Shown: one piece after another, positions 10,152-19,728 of the stretch
Layout: every line of letters starts with the position of its first letter
Numbering within the stretch: the first letter of the stretch is position 1
From: Promethearchaeota archaeon
GTDB taxonomy: Archaea; Asgardarchaeota; Lokiarchaeia; Sigyniarchaeales; SOKP01
Reading direction: 5' to 3'
NCBI GenBank assembly: GCA_016930515.1
Contig: JAFGGO010000027.1
Span: forward strand, 1 to 64,000
DNA: 64,000 bases
The notes under the pieces: model-generated
Told to the model about the DNA's origin: nothing
The model's input: only the letters and a program-made list of their open reading frames with translations
Database searches by the model: none
Position numbers and translations under genes: made by a program

Positions 10152-11117
10152 ATGCGTGATACACTCGATCAACTCAGTTTTGATGTTTCACAATTAGTAG
10201 AGAAATATCAAGGAAAAAAATTATACGATTTCTTCCAAAATTACGACATTAGGTCAAATAGCATGGGTGAATTCATGGAATTTTCTTGGATAGCTAAAGA
10301 TTTCGTTCAAAACATCGATTTAAACAAAACAAAAGCAAAAATTCTTTTTAACTTAAAAGTTGCCCTGAATATTGGAGAAAAGATCGAAATACGCTTGAAA
10401 CAAAGGGGTTTGAAAAGTTTAAGAGACTTGACCCATTCGCTCAAGTATAGGTGTTCTGCTCTTGATGCGCTCCGCTTGATAAGAAACAACAATCACGAAA
10501 AACTCATGCATAATCGATATATTTGCGATTTAGATGTTGCGTTTTGTTTTAAATTGGAAGATCTATTATTTATTGATATTGAGACATTAGGGATCTTTGA
10601 TAGTCCGTTAATTATTGTGGGAGTTGGGTATTTTCGTGATTTGCAATACGAGATTCGCCTTTTTTTTGCCCGCACGCTTGAAGAGGAGATCTCCATTTGC
10701 GAGCACCTACGAAACGAAGTATTTCCTAGATATAAATGTTTTGTAAGTTATAACGGCAAGAGTTTTGACATACCCTTTATTGCAAATAGATTCTTGTATT
10801 TTTTTGATGAAAATCCAATGATTCATCCCCAAGACATGCCATATAAGGAGAGTAATACCCTTTATCATCACATTGATTTATATCACAACTGTCGTCGTAA
10901 GTACAAGGGCCTGTTCGATAGTTTTTCTCTGACTAATATGGAAGAAAATCTCTTGGGTTTTTATCGAACAAACGAATTACCAAGTAATCTCGTCGGAGCT
11001 TGCTATAAAAAATATTTGGAAAATCCCGAAAGATACATCGGTTTGGTAAAAGAGTGCATTGAACACAATTATTACGATGTGTATTCTTTGCCTCTTATAC
11101 TTGAAAAATTATTATGA
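10152..11117 (+). CDS. YprB-like RNase H-fold (DEDD) exonuclease-domain protein
   Basis: FIDIETLG, YNGKSFDIPF, HIDLY, SLTNMEENLLG, HNYYDV; HhH-like IGEKIEIRLKQRG. Confidence 0.82.
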   Translation: MRDTLDQLSFDVSQLVEKYQGKKLYDFFQNYDIRSNSMGEFMEFSWIAKDFVQNIDLNKTKAKILFNLKVALNIGEKIEIRLKQRGLKSLRDLTHSLKYRCSALDALRLIRNNNHEKLMHNRYICDLDVAFCFKLEDLLFIDIETLGIFDSPLIIVGVGYFRDLQYEIRLFFARTLEEEISICEHLRNEVFPRYKCFVSYNGKSFDIPFIANRFLYFFDENPMIHPQDMPYKESNTLYHHIDLYHNCRRKYKGLFDSFSLTNMEENLLGFYRTNELPSNLVGACYKKYLENPERYIGLVKECIEHNYYDVYSLPLILEKLL

Positions 11118-11213
11118 CAAATACGACATTATTATAATCCAAAACCTTAAGTAAATAAAATTTCTTAAATAATAAAAAGAAATTCGTTTATTTTCGAGGC
11201 TAAAAAGTCGACG

Positions 11214-12386
11214 ATGCAACTAGGCGGACTCATTAAAAAAGAATTCGGAAGAATAAAAAGCGATAAACGTACTCTCGTGCTTCTCTTCTTCATTCCCCTC
11301 ATTCTCATTATCATCTTTGGACTTGTAACTGGAGGAGGTCCTACAAAATTCTTTACGGCAAGTATTATTACCCGAGATAGCATGCCCTTGGGTCAAGAAG
11401 TCAACGGTACGGCTTATTACGATGAAATATTTATATCTACCGTGCGAGATAATTGCTCCGCTTTTGGATTCCATTCGGCTTATAATAGCACGACTGAGCA
11501 AGAATATGATTCTCACTACGCCAAGTGTTTAGATCTTTTAAAAAACGGTGTTATTGGTGCAATTATCATTCTTCCAGAAAATTTTACCGAATCGGTTGAG
11601 AATGCCACTTCAAGCAATCCTCTTGTAAAAAGTGTTAATCCAGTCTTGATTTATGCCATAGACGGTTCGGATATAGAATCAGTAAACGCTATTAAAATGG
11701 CAATACAAGAACCATTAGCGCTCTTTCGCTCTCAAGTTGGAATGTTGAACAATTTTACTACGATAATGCCATCGCTCGAATTTTCAGTACCTTTTTGGGA
11801 AAGTCAGATGCTCAATTACGCTTTAGGATTGATGCTCCCGTTGATCATAATTGGTACGACAATGAACTTGACATCATTATCAATAGTATCTGAAGGACCC
11901 TTGGCACGGATGATGCTCACGCCCACGGCAAAAAATGAGATTATTCTTAGCAAAACCATCGCAAATATAGTTATAATGACTCTTCAAGCAACGGAAATTT
12001 TCGTGATGTTATCCTTTTTTGGATTGTATTGCTTGGGTTCGCTATTTGATTTTTATGCAACACTATTGCTCACGGGTTTATGTGGTATTTCAATTGGACT
12101 ATTCATTTCCGCTCTTGCTACTACGGAACAAGCTGCGAATCAAATGTACTTGATGTTTTTTATCGTATTAATAATATTTTCAGGAATGTTTGGGGTTGGT
12201 GGCACTGACGAGATGAAGTTTGTAACAAGCTTGCTTCCATTAGGATATTCGAAAGAATTAATTGTAAGCATTACCCTAAGAGGGGCACCAATGAACATGC
12301 TTTCAGCGTTTAAAATGGTAATAATTAGCTTGGTATTTCTATTATTGGCTTATTTAACCTATAGATTTAAAAAGGTGGAAGTATGA
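11214..12386 (+). CDS. ABC-2 type transporter permease with large extracellular domain
   Basis: KKEFGRIKSDKRTL elbow helix, TM1, extracellular loop, RMMLTPTAKNEIILSK, GLFISALA, LLPLGY. Confidence 0.88.
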   Translation: MQLGGLIKKEFGRIKSDKRTLVLLFFIPLILIIIFGLVTGGGPTKFFTASIITRDSMPLGQEVNGTAYYDEIFISTVRDNCSAFGFHSAYNSTTEQEYDSHYAKCLDLLKNGVIGAIIILPENFTESVENATSSNPLVKSVNPVLIYAIDGSDIESVNAIKMAIQEPLALFRSQVGMLNNFTTIMPSLEFSVPFWESQMLNYALGLMLPLIIIGTTMNLTSLSIVSEGPLARMMLTPTAKNEIILSKTIANIVIMTLQATEIFVMLSFFGLYCLGSLFDFYATLLLTGLCGISIGLFISALATTEQAANQMYLMFFIVLIIFSGMFGVGGTDEMKFVTSLLPLGYSKELIVSITLRGAPMNMLSAFKMVIISLVFLLLAYLTYRFKKVEV

Positions 12387-13639
12387 CAAGAAAGGATAAT
12401 ACAACTAAGAAAAAGTTACCCCTTTTTAAATCCCGTAGCAACAGTCTTTTTCGATTCTCTCGTCAAGTGAAAAAGGAATTCAAGCTTCTGTGGACCGACA
12501 AGTTCAATATCTTTTTAGCGCTCGTATTACCTCCCATGATCATTTTCTTAATTGCCTTCACTACGGGTGTCGAGGAAGAAATCTCTCCAATTAATTGCGT
12601 TGTTGTTACTTACGATTCTAACATGATCACTACTCCTAATAATTATACTGAGTATTTATTTAATAATATCACAGACTTTTCACACGATAACTATTCGTAT
12701 CTGTATCTAAATGCCGTGAATAATTCACAATATTTAACGCCCTTAGAATATAATAATCAGTTCTATCTAAACGCAACTACCGATATATACGCCATGGAAA
12801 CGGCAAGGAATTATCTGGCTGAAGGGCATGTATCTGTTATTATTGTAATCCCTATTGATTTTTCCGAAATGCTAACGCTTGGATTACCCGCATTTGTGAA
12901 TTGCATTGTTGACGGTTCGAGCGTGTTAACTCTTCAGGACAATTTAAACGCCGTGTTGGATTCCGTCAATGTATTCGTTTCAGAAAACAATCTCACGCCT
13001 CAGATAGAGCTGGTGGGATTCGAAGAATTTTCAGTTCCTAAAAATTTGAACTTTAAGTTCAACGCAATGGTAACGTTCATCCTTCCAATCATGGCATTTG
13101 GGCTCCCAATCGTACTGACAATCCTGGTTATAGTAAAAGAAAAACCCATAGCCCGATTGTTGCTCACTCCCGTAAAACGAGCAGAAATATTACTCTCAAA
13201 ATATGTTACTTATAGTGCGATTTTAGCAATTCAAACTTTATTATTGATTGTCAGTTCGGTATCGCAAGGACTCTATTGCGTGGGTAGTTATTTTGATTTA
13301 TTCTTGGCATTATTTATGTTGGGATTTTCGGCTTTGGCGTTGGGGTTGTTCATATCCACGATATCTAAGACGAAAACGGAAGCTAACCAATATTTTTTCA
13401 TGTCGTTTATTCTCATTATCGTGCTTAGCGGGTTGTTCATTCCGATAGATTCAATGCCGCTTTACCTGCAAGTTGTAGCATGGATCCTTCCCTTGAGCCA
13501 CGCAGGACCGATGATTAATAACGTTTTAACGAAAGGAATGCCCGCCATAGGTTTCGATTTTTATTGCCTATTAGCAGTTTCATCCGTCTTATTTGCCTTG
13601 AGCGTTATATTATTTCAAAGAAAACAATACGAGGCATGA
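12383..13639 (+). CDS. ABC-2 type transporter permease (second subunit)
   Basis: KKEFKLLWTDK, sequon-rich extracellular loop, RLLLTPVKRAEILLSK, SGLFIPIDSMP..ILPLSH; ATGA overlap with the upstream gene. Confidence 0.88.
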   Translation: MTRKDNTTKKKLPLFKSRSNSLFRFSRQVKKEFKLLWTDKFNIFLALVLPPMIIFLIAFTTGVEEEISPINCVVVTYDSNMITTPNNYTEYLFNNITDFSHDNYSYLYLNAVNNSQYLTPLEYNNQFYLNATTDIYAMETARNYLAEGHVSVIIVIPIDFSEMLTLGLPAFVNCIVDGSSVLTLQDNLNAVLDSVNVFVSENNLTPQIELVGFEEFSVPKNLNFKFNAMVTFILPIMAFGLPIVLTILVIVKEKPIARLLLTPVKRAEILLSKYVTYSAILAIQTLLLIVSSVSQGLYCVGSYFDLFLALFMLGFSALALGLFISTISKTKTEANQYFFMSFILIIVLSGLFIPIDSMPLYLQVVAWILPLSHAGPMINNVLTKGMPAIGFDFYCLLAVSSVLFALSVILFQRKQYEA

Positions 13640-14673
13640 ACATGTCCCTAAAAAAATCAAGTCCAATCGTTGTTGAGGTCGACGATCTGAATGTTTCCTT
13701 TGGAAAGAAGAGGGTGGTCAAAAATGTTTCACTCACGGTAAATTCTGGCGAAATTATTGGGGTTTTTGGAATTTCTGGTGCGGGAAAAACTACGATGATT
13801 CGCGTGATAACTTGCCAGCTCAAAAAAAAATATTGGACGGGAACAGTTAAAGTAACGAATTTATCCGCTGCGAGAAATAAAAATCAATCGAAAATATTGG
13901 GAAACATTGGATACGTGCCACAGCTGGAGGAATTGAATTTATATTACGATTTTAAACCCTACGCAAATATCGATACTTTTGCCTCGACATACGGAATGGA
14001 TGTAAAAAAGGCAAAAGATATCGCAGAAAATTTATTCACGATTCTTGACATACCAAAAGATACTTGGAGCAAGAAACTAAAAAAGATGAGTGGTGGTGAA
14101 AAAAAAAGAGTCTCAATGGCTTTAGGCCTTATTCATCAACCGGCAATTCTATTCTTGGACGAACCTACGACGGGAGTTGACGCATACAAGCGATATTCAA
14201 TTCTAACTTATTTAAAAAAATTGAACGTGCAATTAGGGACGACGATGTTTATCATTAGCCACGACATGGAGTGTTCCTTAGTTTGCGATAAGGCCGCTAT
14301 AATGCGGGAGGGAAAGTTGCTTGAATTTGGAAAACCAGCAGATTTAATCGCTTCACTTCCCAGTAATGGCGTTATTGCTTCATTTACGATAGAAGATTTA
14401 AACAAGAAGAAAATCGAAGAAATAAAAGATTTTTCTCCTGTTAGAAACATTATTAGGGCGGGAAACGATGTGATTGAGGTTTTAATGGATAATTACGACG
14501 AGAATATTTCCGACTTGGTCCAGCATATTATGAACGCAGGAATTAAGATCACATCAATGACTAAGGACATCGCAACTTTTCGGAGATATTTCCAAATTCG
14601 TATTCAAGACGAAGAGGAGAAGGAAAGAAGAAATATCGATCATTTATCAGAATCCAATGACATGAATAATTAA
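13636..14673 (+). CDS. ABC transporter ATP-binding protein
   Basis: GISGAGKT, GYVPQ, MSGGE, LFLDEPT, ISHD all intact; start reassigned to ATG 13636 (ATGA overlap with the permease stop). Confidence 0.93.
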   Translation: MNMSLKKSSPIVVEVDDLNVSFGKKRVVKNVSLTVNSGEIIGVFGISGAGKTTMIRVITCQLKKKYWTGTVKVTNLSAARNKNQSKILGNIGYVPQLEELNLYYDFKPYANIDTFASTYGMDVKKAKDIAENLFTILDIPKDTWSKKLKKMSGGEKKRVSMALGLIHQPAILFLDEPTTGVDAYKRYSILTYLKKLNVQLGTTMFIISHDMECSLVCDKAAIMREGKLLEFGKPADLIASLPSNGVIASFTIEDLNKKKIEEIKDFSPVRNIIRAGNDVIEVLMDNYDENISDLVQHIMNAGIKITSMTKDIATFRRYFQIRIQDEEEKERRNIDHLSESNDMNN

Positions 14674-14694
14674 AAGAGGTTAATAAATCTTAGA

Positions 14695-17600
14695 ATGAAA
14701 AAGAAAACAATTAGTGCGGTAGTCAGATCCTCTGAGATTTTTAAAGTAAGCCCTAAATTCAAGAGAAAGCTTAAAGTGTTTATAATTATCGCGATTCTCA
14801 TCTTGATACCTATAATTGGAATGGCTTTGGTAAACATTCCATATATTTCCTATTTTACACCAGAAGAAGTAGACGAATACAAGGACAGCATGTATTTCTT
14901 CTCAAATTCCCATCAAAATTCCGCTTCGGGTTTGTTTATAGAGGCCGATATTGATTCTAACTTCAGGATCGCAACTGCAATTAATTGGACTAGTTTCAAT
15001 CCACAAATTTTTAACCTTATAAATCCCGTTGATAACGATTATTTAAAATCCATCTCAAAACCTAATTTTTACCTCGATTATCTCTTCGATAAGCAAAACA
15101 AAGACGGTTCATTTTCAGATATTGGAGGTTTAGGAGACATGTTTACTACTTATCAGGTCATTGATACGATTATGACCTTGAACGAATCCTATATTAATTC
15201 CATTCGACATCAAGACAAGATTAATAGGATCATGACATTTCTAAATTCCTCTTCATATACGGATCCCGCGAATCTAACGACCGGATTTAAAAATAGTCAA
15301 TTTTCGTTATTACCGGATATGATATCAACAAGTAATGCAGTGGAAATTGCGAACTATTTTTCTTGGGATTATTTTTTAAACAATCAGAACATTACAAATT
15401 ACATACTTGGATCCTTAAGGACTATTACAATTGGATCACTCATAACTGGATGGGGGTATTCTAATTCGTTATTATCTGCAGATCCTGATGCCGAAAGCAC
15501 TTTTTATGGAATTAAGGCTTATCTTGGATTGAATAAATCGTATTCTACTGCGGACAAGATATTATTTATGGGATTTTTTAATGATATTTACGATCCACTT
15601 AATGGTGGATTTAGGAATACATTAATATCAATAAATGATATTGAATCGACATATTATTGTCTTTCTTCAATAGAAAGGCTAAATTATAGTTATCCAGTTT
15701 TGTTCAACGCAAGTCGAACTCTTAATTTTATATTAAATTGCTCCGATCCTGATGGTGGTTTCGGTTTAAGACCAGATATTTTAACAAATTACTCCTCTGA
15801 TTTCGTTTCTTCAGGGGCAGCAATGAAAGCTTTAGCCATTCTCGAGCGGAACTTTAACTTCAGCGAAGAACAGCAACTCGCCATTAACGAAACAAAAAGC
15901 AGGTTTTACACTTGGTTATCTGGTTATCAGGCGTTAAACGGTTTATTTGGACACATCACCATTGAGTCCAACTATTGGGGCGTTTTATCTGCCATTCAAT
16001 ATTACCCTTCGAGCTTTCTCGATCACATTAATGTTAAAAATATATTCGCTTATATAAACAGTTGCTATGTCATTGAGACGGGAGGCTATTCGAGTGAGCC
16101 ATTCATACCTTCGAGTCTTTTTTCAACCTATCTTGCTATTAATATGTACGATATTTTTACATCCTATGTGGACGATTTGTGGTTGTATAACGAGTCCGCA
16201 ACTGAAGCATATATTGCGTCGCTTCAAAATCCGGATGGTGGTTTTAGAATTGGAAACGATCAAGATAGTTTATTCCGTCAACTTGGAGTGTTTTATTCCG
16301 TTATAAACGATTTAATCGATGTTAATACTTCGATTGTGGAAAGCACTTATTGGGCTGTTGAATCGCTTGATATTCTTGGCGCCCTAAATTTAATAGATTT
16401 AAATAATCTAACTCATTTTATCCGGTCGTGTCAGAACGCAGATGGGGGGTTTGGGTTGTTCTTAGGCTTTTCCTATAGCGATATTATTTCAACATATTAT
16501 GCCTTGCATGTTTTTTATTTGTTTGATTCTGAACCCCTATCGAAAATATTGGCAATAAATTTCCTCAAGAACGCTCAAAACACTGACGGAAGTTTTTCTC
16601 CCATGCCAACTTTATCCATGCTCGGTTTGTCGGTTTCCTTCTTTTTGGTTACTTATCTCGGGGCAAAGGGGTTGTACGATTTTTCTTATCAACCTACTGA
16701 TATTTGGGCTTTTTTGGATTGGTTCGTACTGTGTGTTGATAAAAAAACGGGAGGCGTGGGAGATGTGCAAGGATTTGGCGGTGATTTAAGAAACACGGTA
16801 TACGGAATGATCATAATTGACGATTTAAGGTACGATCGAGCATTCGATCCAGAACCGTGGACGACGCTTTTTACAAGGATCTTATTAGTCGAAATTATTG
16901 CAATTGTTGGTTTTATCTTGTTAAAAATGAGTTCTTACGCAAATGTGGTTATATTAAGAAGAATTAAAGCTAAATTAGGGATTGGTGAAAAAATGGAAGT
17001 ATCTTATCTTCGCCGCTACCCTGCGATTCGATGCGAAAATCTGAGCATTTTTGCGGGGAGGAAATTGATCGTGAATTCAATGTCTTTAACTTTAGAACAT
17101 GGAGAAATATTAGGAGTTCTCGGCGAAAGTGGTGCTGGAAAATCCACTTTCGTGAAGAGTCTGCTCGGAATGAGAAAATTTAAGGGGACAAACCAAGTAT
17201 ATGGAATGGATGTAAAAAAGAAATCAAAAAAAATGCGTCCAATTTATGGATATGTACCTCAGGATTTGAGCAAGATCTATGAGGATTTTACGACATATCA
17301 GAACATTCTTTATTTTGGCAGGCAATACGGCTTATCCGAAAGAGAAATTAGAAGGAAAGCGAAACGCATTCTGAGAAGCCTGGAAATTGATGATAAAATG
17401 CACGAACAAGTGAAAAATCTTTCTGGAGGTCAAAAAAGGCGTGTAAGCATTGCAATTGGCTTAATCCACGACCCGATCATCGTCTGGATGGATGAGCCTA
17501 CTTCAGGATTGGACCCTGTTGTACGAGAGAATTTATGGCACGCTCTCACTCGAATTAACGAAGAATTTAATACGACACTCATCGTGATTACCCATTATCC

Positions 17601-17976
17601 AGAGGAATCGCGCTTTTGTAATAAAGTTGCAATATTTGGAAGGGGGCGTGGTTTGATAGATTTTGGACATCCGAAGGATCTCTTGGGGCAATTACCAGGA
17701 AAGGGGAGAACAATTGGATTAATATTCAGAAATACGGAAGAAAAAGCCCTTGAAAGACTCGAATCGATATTAGGTATTAGTAAAGCATTAGAAAACAAAG
17801 CAGGAATGGAATTCTCCCTTCTTTCTGATCTTAATATAAGAGAACTTAAAAGTAGAATCGAACTTGAATTTGGACTCTCATCAATAGCCGAATTAAAGCA
17901 AACAGATAGTAAAATGGAGGAATATTTTCGATACAGGGCCATGGATGTCCCTTCTGACGAAATAGATCTTGGTTAG
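14695..17976 (+). CDS. Fusion: TM + prenyltransferase/squalene-cyclase-type repeat region + TM + ABC ATPase
   Basis: Repeats QNKDGSF, SDPDGGFG, QNPDGGF, QNADGGFG, QNTDGSF plus D/E-x-x-ST-Y-Y/W helices; C-terminal GESGAGKS, GYVPQ, LSGGQ, WMDEPT, ITHY. Confidence 0.85.
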   Translation: MKKKTISAVVRSSEIFKVSPKFKRKLKVFIIIAILILIPIIGMALVNIPYISYFTPEEVDEYKDSMYFFSNSHQNSASGLFIEADIDSNFRIATAINWTSFNPQIFNLINPVDNDYLKSISKPNFYLDYLFDKQNKDGSFSDIGGLGDMFTTYQVIDTIMTLNESYINSIRHQDKINRIMTFLNSSSYTDPANLTTGFKNSQFSLLPDMISTSNAVEIANYFSWDYFLNNQNITNYILGSLRTITIGSLITGWGYSNSLLSADPDAESTFYGIKAYLGLNKSYSTADKILFMGFFNDIYDPLNGGFRNTLISINDIESTYYCLSSIERLNYSYPVLFNASRTLNFILNCSDPDGGFGLRPDILTNYSSDFVSSGAAMKALAILERNFNFSEEQQLAINETKSRFYTWLSGYQALNGLFGHITIESNYWGVLSAIQYYPSSFLDHINVKNIFAYINSCYVIETGGYSSEPFIPSSLFSTYLAINMYDIFTSYVDDLWLYNESATEAYIASLQNPDGGFRIGNDQDSLFRQLGVFYSVINDLIDVNTSIVESTYWAVESLDILGALNLIDLNNLTHFIRSCQNADGGFGLFLGFSYSDIISTYYALHVFYLFDSEPLSKILAINFLKNAQNTDGSFSPMPTLSMLGLSVSFFLVTYLGAKGLYDFSYQPTDIWAFLDWFVLCVDKKTGGVGDVQGFGGDLRNTVYGMIIIDDLRYDRAFDPEPWTTLFTRILLVEIIAIVGFILLKMSSYANVVILRRIKAKLGIGEKMEVSYLRRYPAIRCENLSIFAGRKLIVNSMSLTLEHGEILGVLGESGAGKSTFVKSLLGMRKFKGTNQVYGMDVKKKSKKMRPIYGYVPQDLSKIYEDFTTYQNILYFGRQYGLSEREIRRKAKRILRSLEIDDKMHEQVKNLSGGQKRRVSIAIGLIHDPIIVWMDEPTSGLDPVVRENLWHALTRINEEFNTTLIVITHYPEESRFCNKVAIFGRGRGLIDFGHPKDLLGQLPGKGRTIGLIFRNTEEKALERLESILGISKALENKAGMEFSLLSDLNIRELKSRIELEFGLSSIAELKQTDSKMEEYFRYRAMDVPSDEIDLG

Positions 17977-17988
17977 GTGTTTTAAACA

Positions 17989-19722
17989 ATGACAATTATA
18001 GAAAATCTCTCGAGAAAAAAGGAACTTGAAACGCTCCGATTAAAGATCGTAGATGCGATCAGATATTCAACGAGCTATTGGATGATATTTAAGGAAAAAA
18101 CATTTGGTATCGCAACTATTTTGGACATAATATACAAGCGTTCTTATATTGAAGTCTTATTCTTTACAAAATACGATGTGTTAAATTTTAGCGTGCCTTT
18201 ATTGAAAATTTCCACACCTATTGAAACTGAAGTTGATTTTAACGAAATTCTTCTTGAGCCGGATATTGATGATGATGGTCTCGTGAGCCCAAAAAAGATA
18301 ATACAACGCCTAAACAATCTTATAAAAAACGAAATCAATCATCATATTGCTATTTTAGACGAACAAATAATGTTAATTCAAGAAAAATACGAGAATTACA
18401 CAATAGAAGATAATCCATACAAGAGAGTTATTTTTATTCATTTCAAGAACTTTTACATATCGTTAAAAGTTGATTTCGAGAAATATCCCCTTGCTCCAAA
18501 ATTTTCTTTTTCAAAATATCTATCGAAATTATGTTCTTTAAACCAATTTTTGGACAAAAAATTTTTCAAGAATTGGGATAGTACTAATGCTCCCAATGTG
18601 ATAGAATGCATCGATCTTCTTGTAGGGATTATCTTAGAAAAACAAAATTTTGATAAGTTACCAAATGGTTCTCAGCATGTAATTCTTGAAAACTTAACGG
18701 TAAATTCTTCCTTCAGGAAGATTTCTTTTAAGATACTTCGCGGTCAATCAATAGGAATTATTTATTCCATTCAATACCCTAAAAAAGATAAAGAAATATC
18801 AAATCCATTAGACGAGTTCTTTCAAGCGATTTCAGGTAAAAACACCTCTTTTAATGGAAAAATTAAAATTTTTGGAAAAAATGTGCAATTGTTATTGAAG
18901 AGCGAAATGGAAAAAATTGTTACAATATCATCAGATACTGATGTATCATTTGGAGCTTCAACTATTTTTAGAAAAATGATCAAAAATTATCATCCAAAAT
19001 TCCAAGGGAATGAAACCAAGAAATCTATTCAAGATTCTCAACTGAAGATTAAAATAGGAAAGTTCCCAAAAATATGGACTGTTTATGAAGCACGAAGAAG
19101 AAGATCTAAAAAGGATTACATTTCAAAAATTTTAAAATTAACTAGTTTATATGATAGAAAAAACGAAAAAATCAAGAAACTGTCGAAATTAGAGCAAATA
19201 TTGTTTCAAATCTCTAATGCACTTTTGCAAAAACCTTTCTTGATTCTGCTTTCGTTAAGTTCAACATATTTGGGGCGCTTAGAAATTGAAAAATTAAATA
19301 AATCTATCTCTAACATTGAAAGAAAATTTCATGTTTCCTTCATCATTCACGGCTCGAAAGATGTAATTTCGAGTTGCGATCAAGTCATGACGATTACAGA
19401 AGAAAAAATTGATATAGGATCTGTTGAAGATTATGTGCATAAATTACCACAATCTGGAGAGATTATAACTGTAGAATTAAGCAATCCAGACCGTGCTGCA
19501 GTGAAGGAAATGCGTTCTCTTGATTCAGTCTTCATCATTGAAGAGAGAAGGAACGAGAAATATAAGTTATTCGTTAAAGAGGATCCTGAAATAATCCTCC
19601 TTTATTTATTGGAATTGTTTGGTCCAAAATTGTATAATTTTAAGCGTTTTAAAGCGACTTTAGGAGAATATATTGAATTTTTAGAAGGTCGCAGATTAGG
19701 TACGCAATATAAATTGAGGTAA
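17989..19722 (+). CDS. Putative UBC/RWD-like domain fused to a degenerate ABC ATPase
   Basis: ISLKVDFEKYPLAPKFSF...KNWDSTNAPNVIECIDLL; ABC-like ISFKILRGQSIGII, GKIKIFG, KKLSKLEQ..ALLQKPFLILL lacking Walker A GKT and Walker B DE; LPQSGEIITVE tail shared with the other ATPases of the operon. Confidence 0.6.
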   Translation: MTIIENLSRKKELETLRLKIVDAIRYSTSYWMIFKEKTFGIATILDIIYKRSYIEVLFFTKYDVLNFSVPLLKISTPIETEVDFNEILLEPDIDDDGLVSPKKIIQRLNNLIKNEINHHIAILDEQIMLIQEKYENYTIEDNPYKRVIFIHFKNFYISLKVDFEKYPLAPKFSFSKYLSKLCSLNQFLDKKFFKNWDSTNAPNVIECIDLLVGIILEKQNFDKLPNGSQHVILENLTVNSSFRKISFKILRGQSIGIIYSIQYPKKDKEISNPLDEFFQAISGKNTSFNGKIKIFGKNVQLLLKSEMEKIVTISSDTDVSFGASTIFRKMIKNYHPKFQGNETKKSIQDSQLKIKIGKFPKIWTVYEARRRRSKKDYISKILKLTSLYDRKNEKIKKLSKLEQILFQISNALLQKPFLILLSLSSTYLGRLEIEKLNKSISNIERKFHVSFIIHGSKDVISSCDQVMTITEEKIDIGSVEDYVHKLPQSGEIITVELSNPDRAAVKEMRSLDSVFIIEERRNEKYKLFVKEDPEIILLYLLELFGPKLYNFKRFKATLGEYIEFLEGRRLGTQYKLR

Positions 19723-19728
19723 GAATTG

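Noticed and set aside
13564-13635. Longer N-terminus for the ABC ATPase
   Set aside because: It overlaps the permease by 76 nt; ATG 13636 with an ATGA overlap fits better
14695-16850. Squalene-hopene cyclase or a true protein geranylgeranyltransferase
   Set aside because: No DxDD motif, no DxCY/His zinc ligands, and apparent extracellular location; only fold-level similarity is supportable
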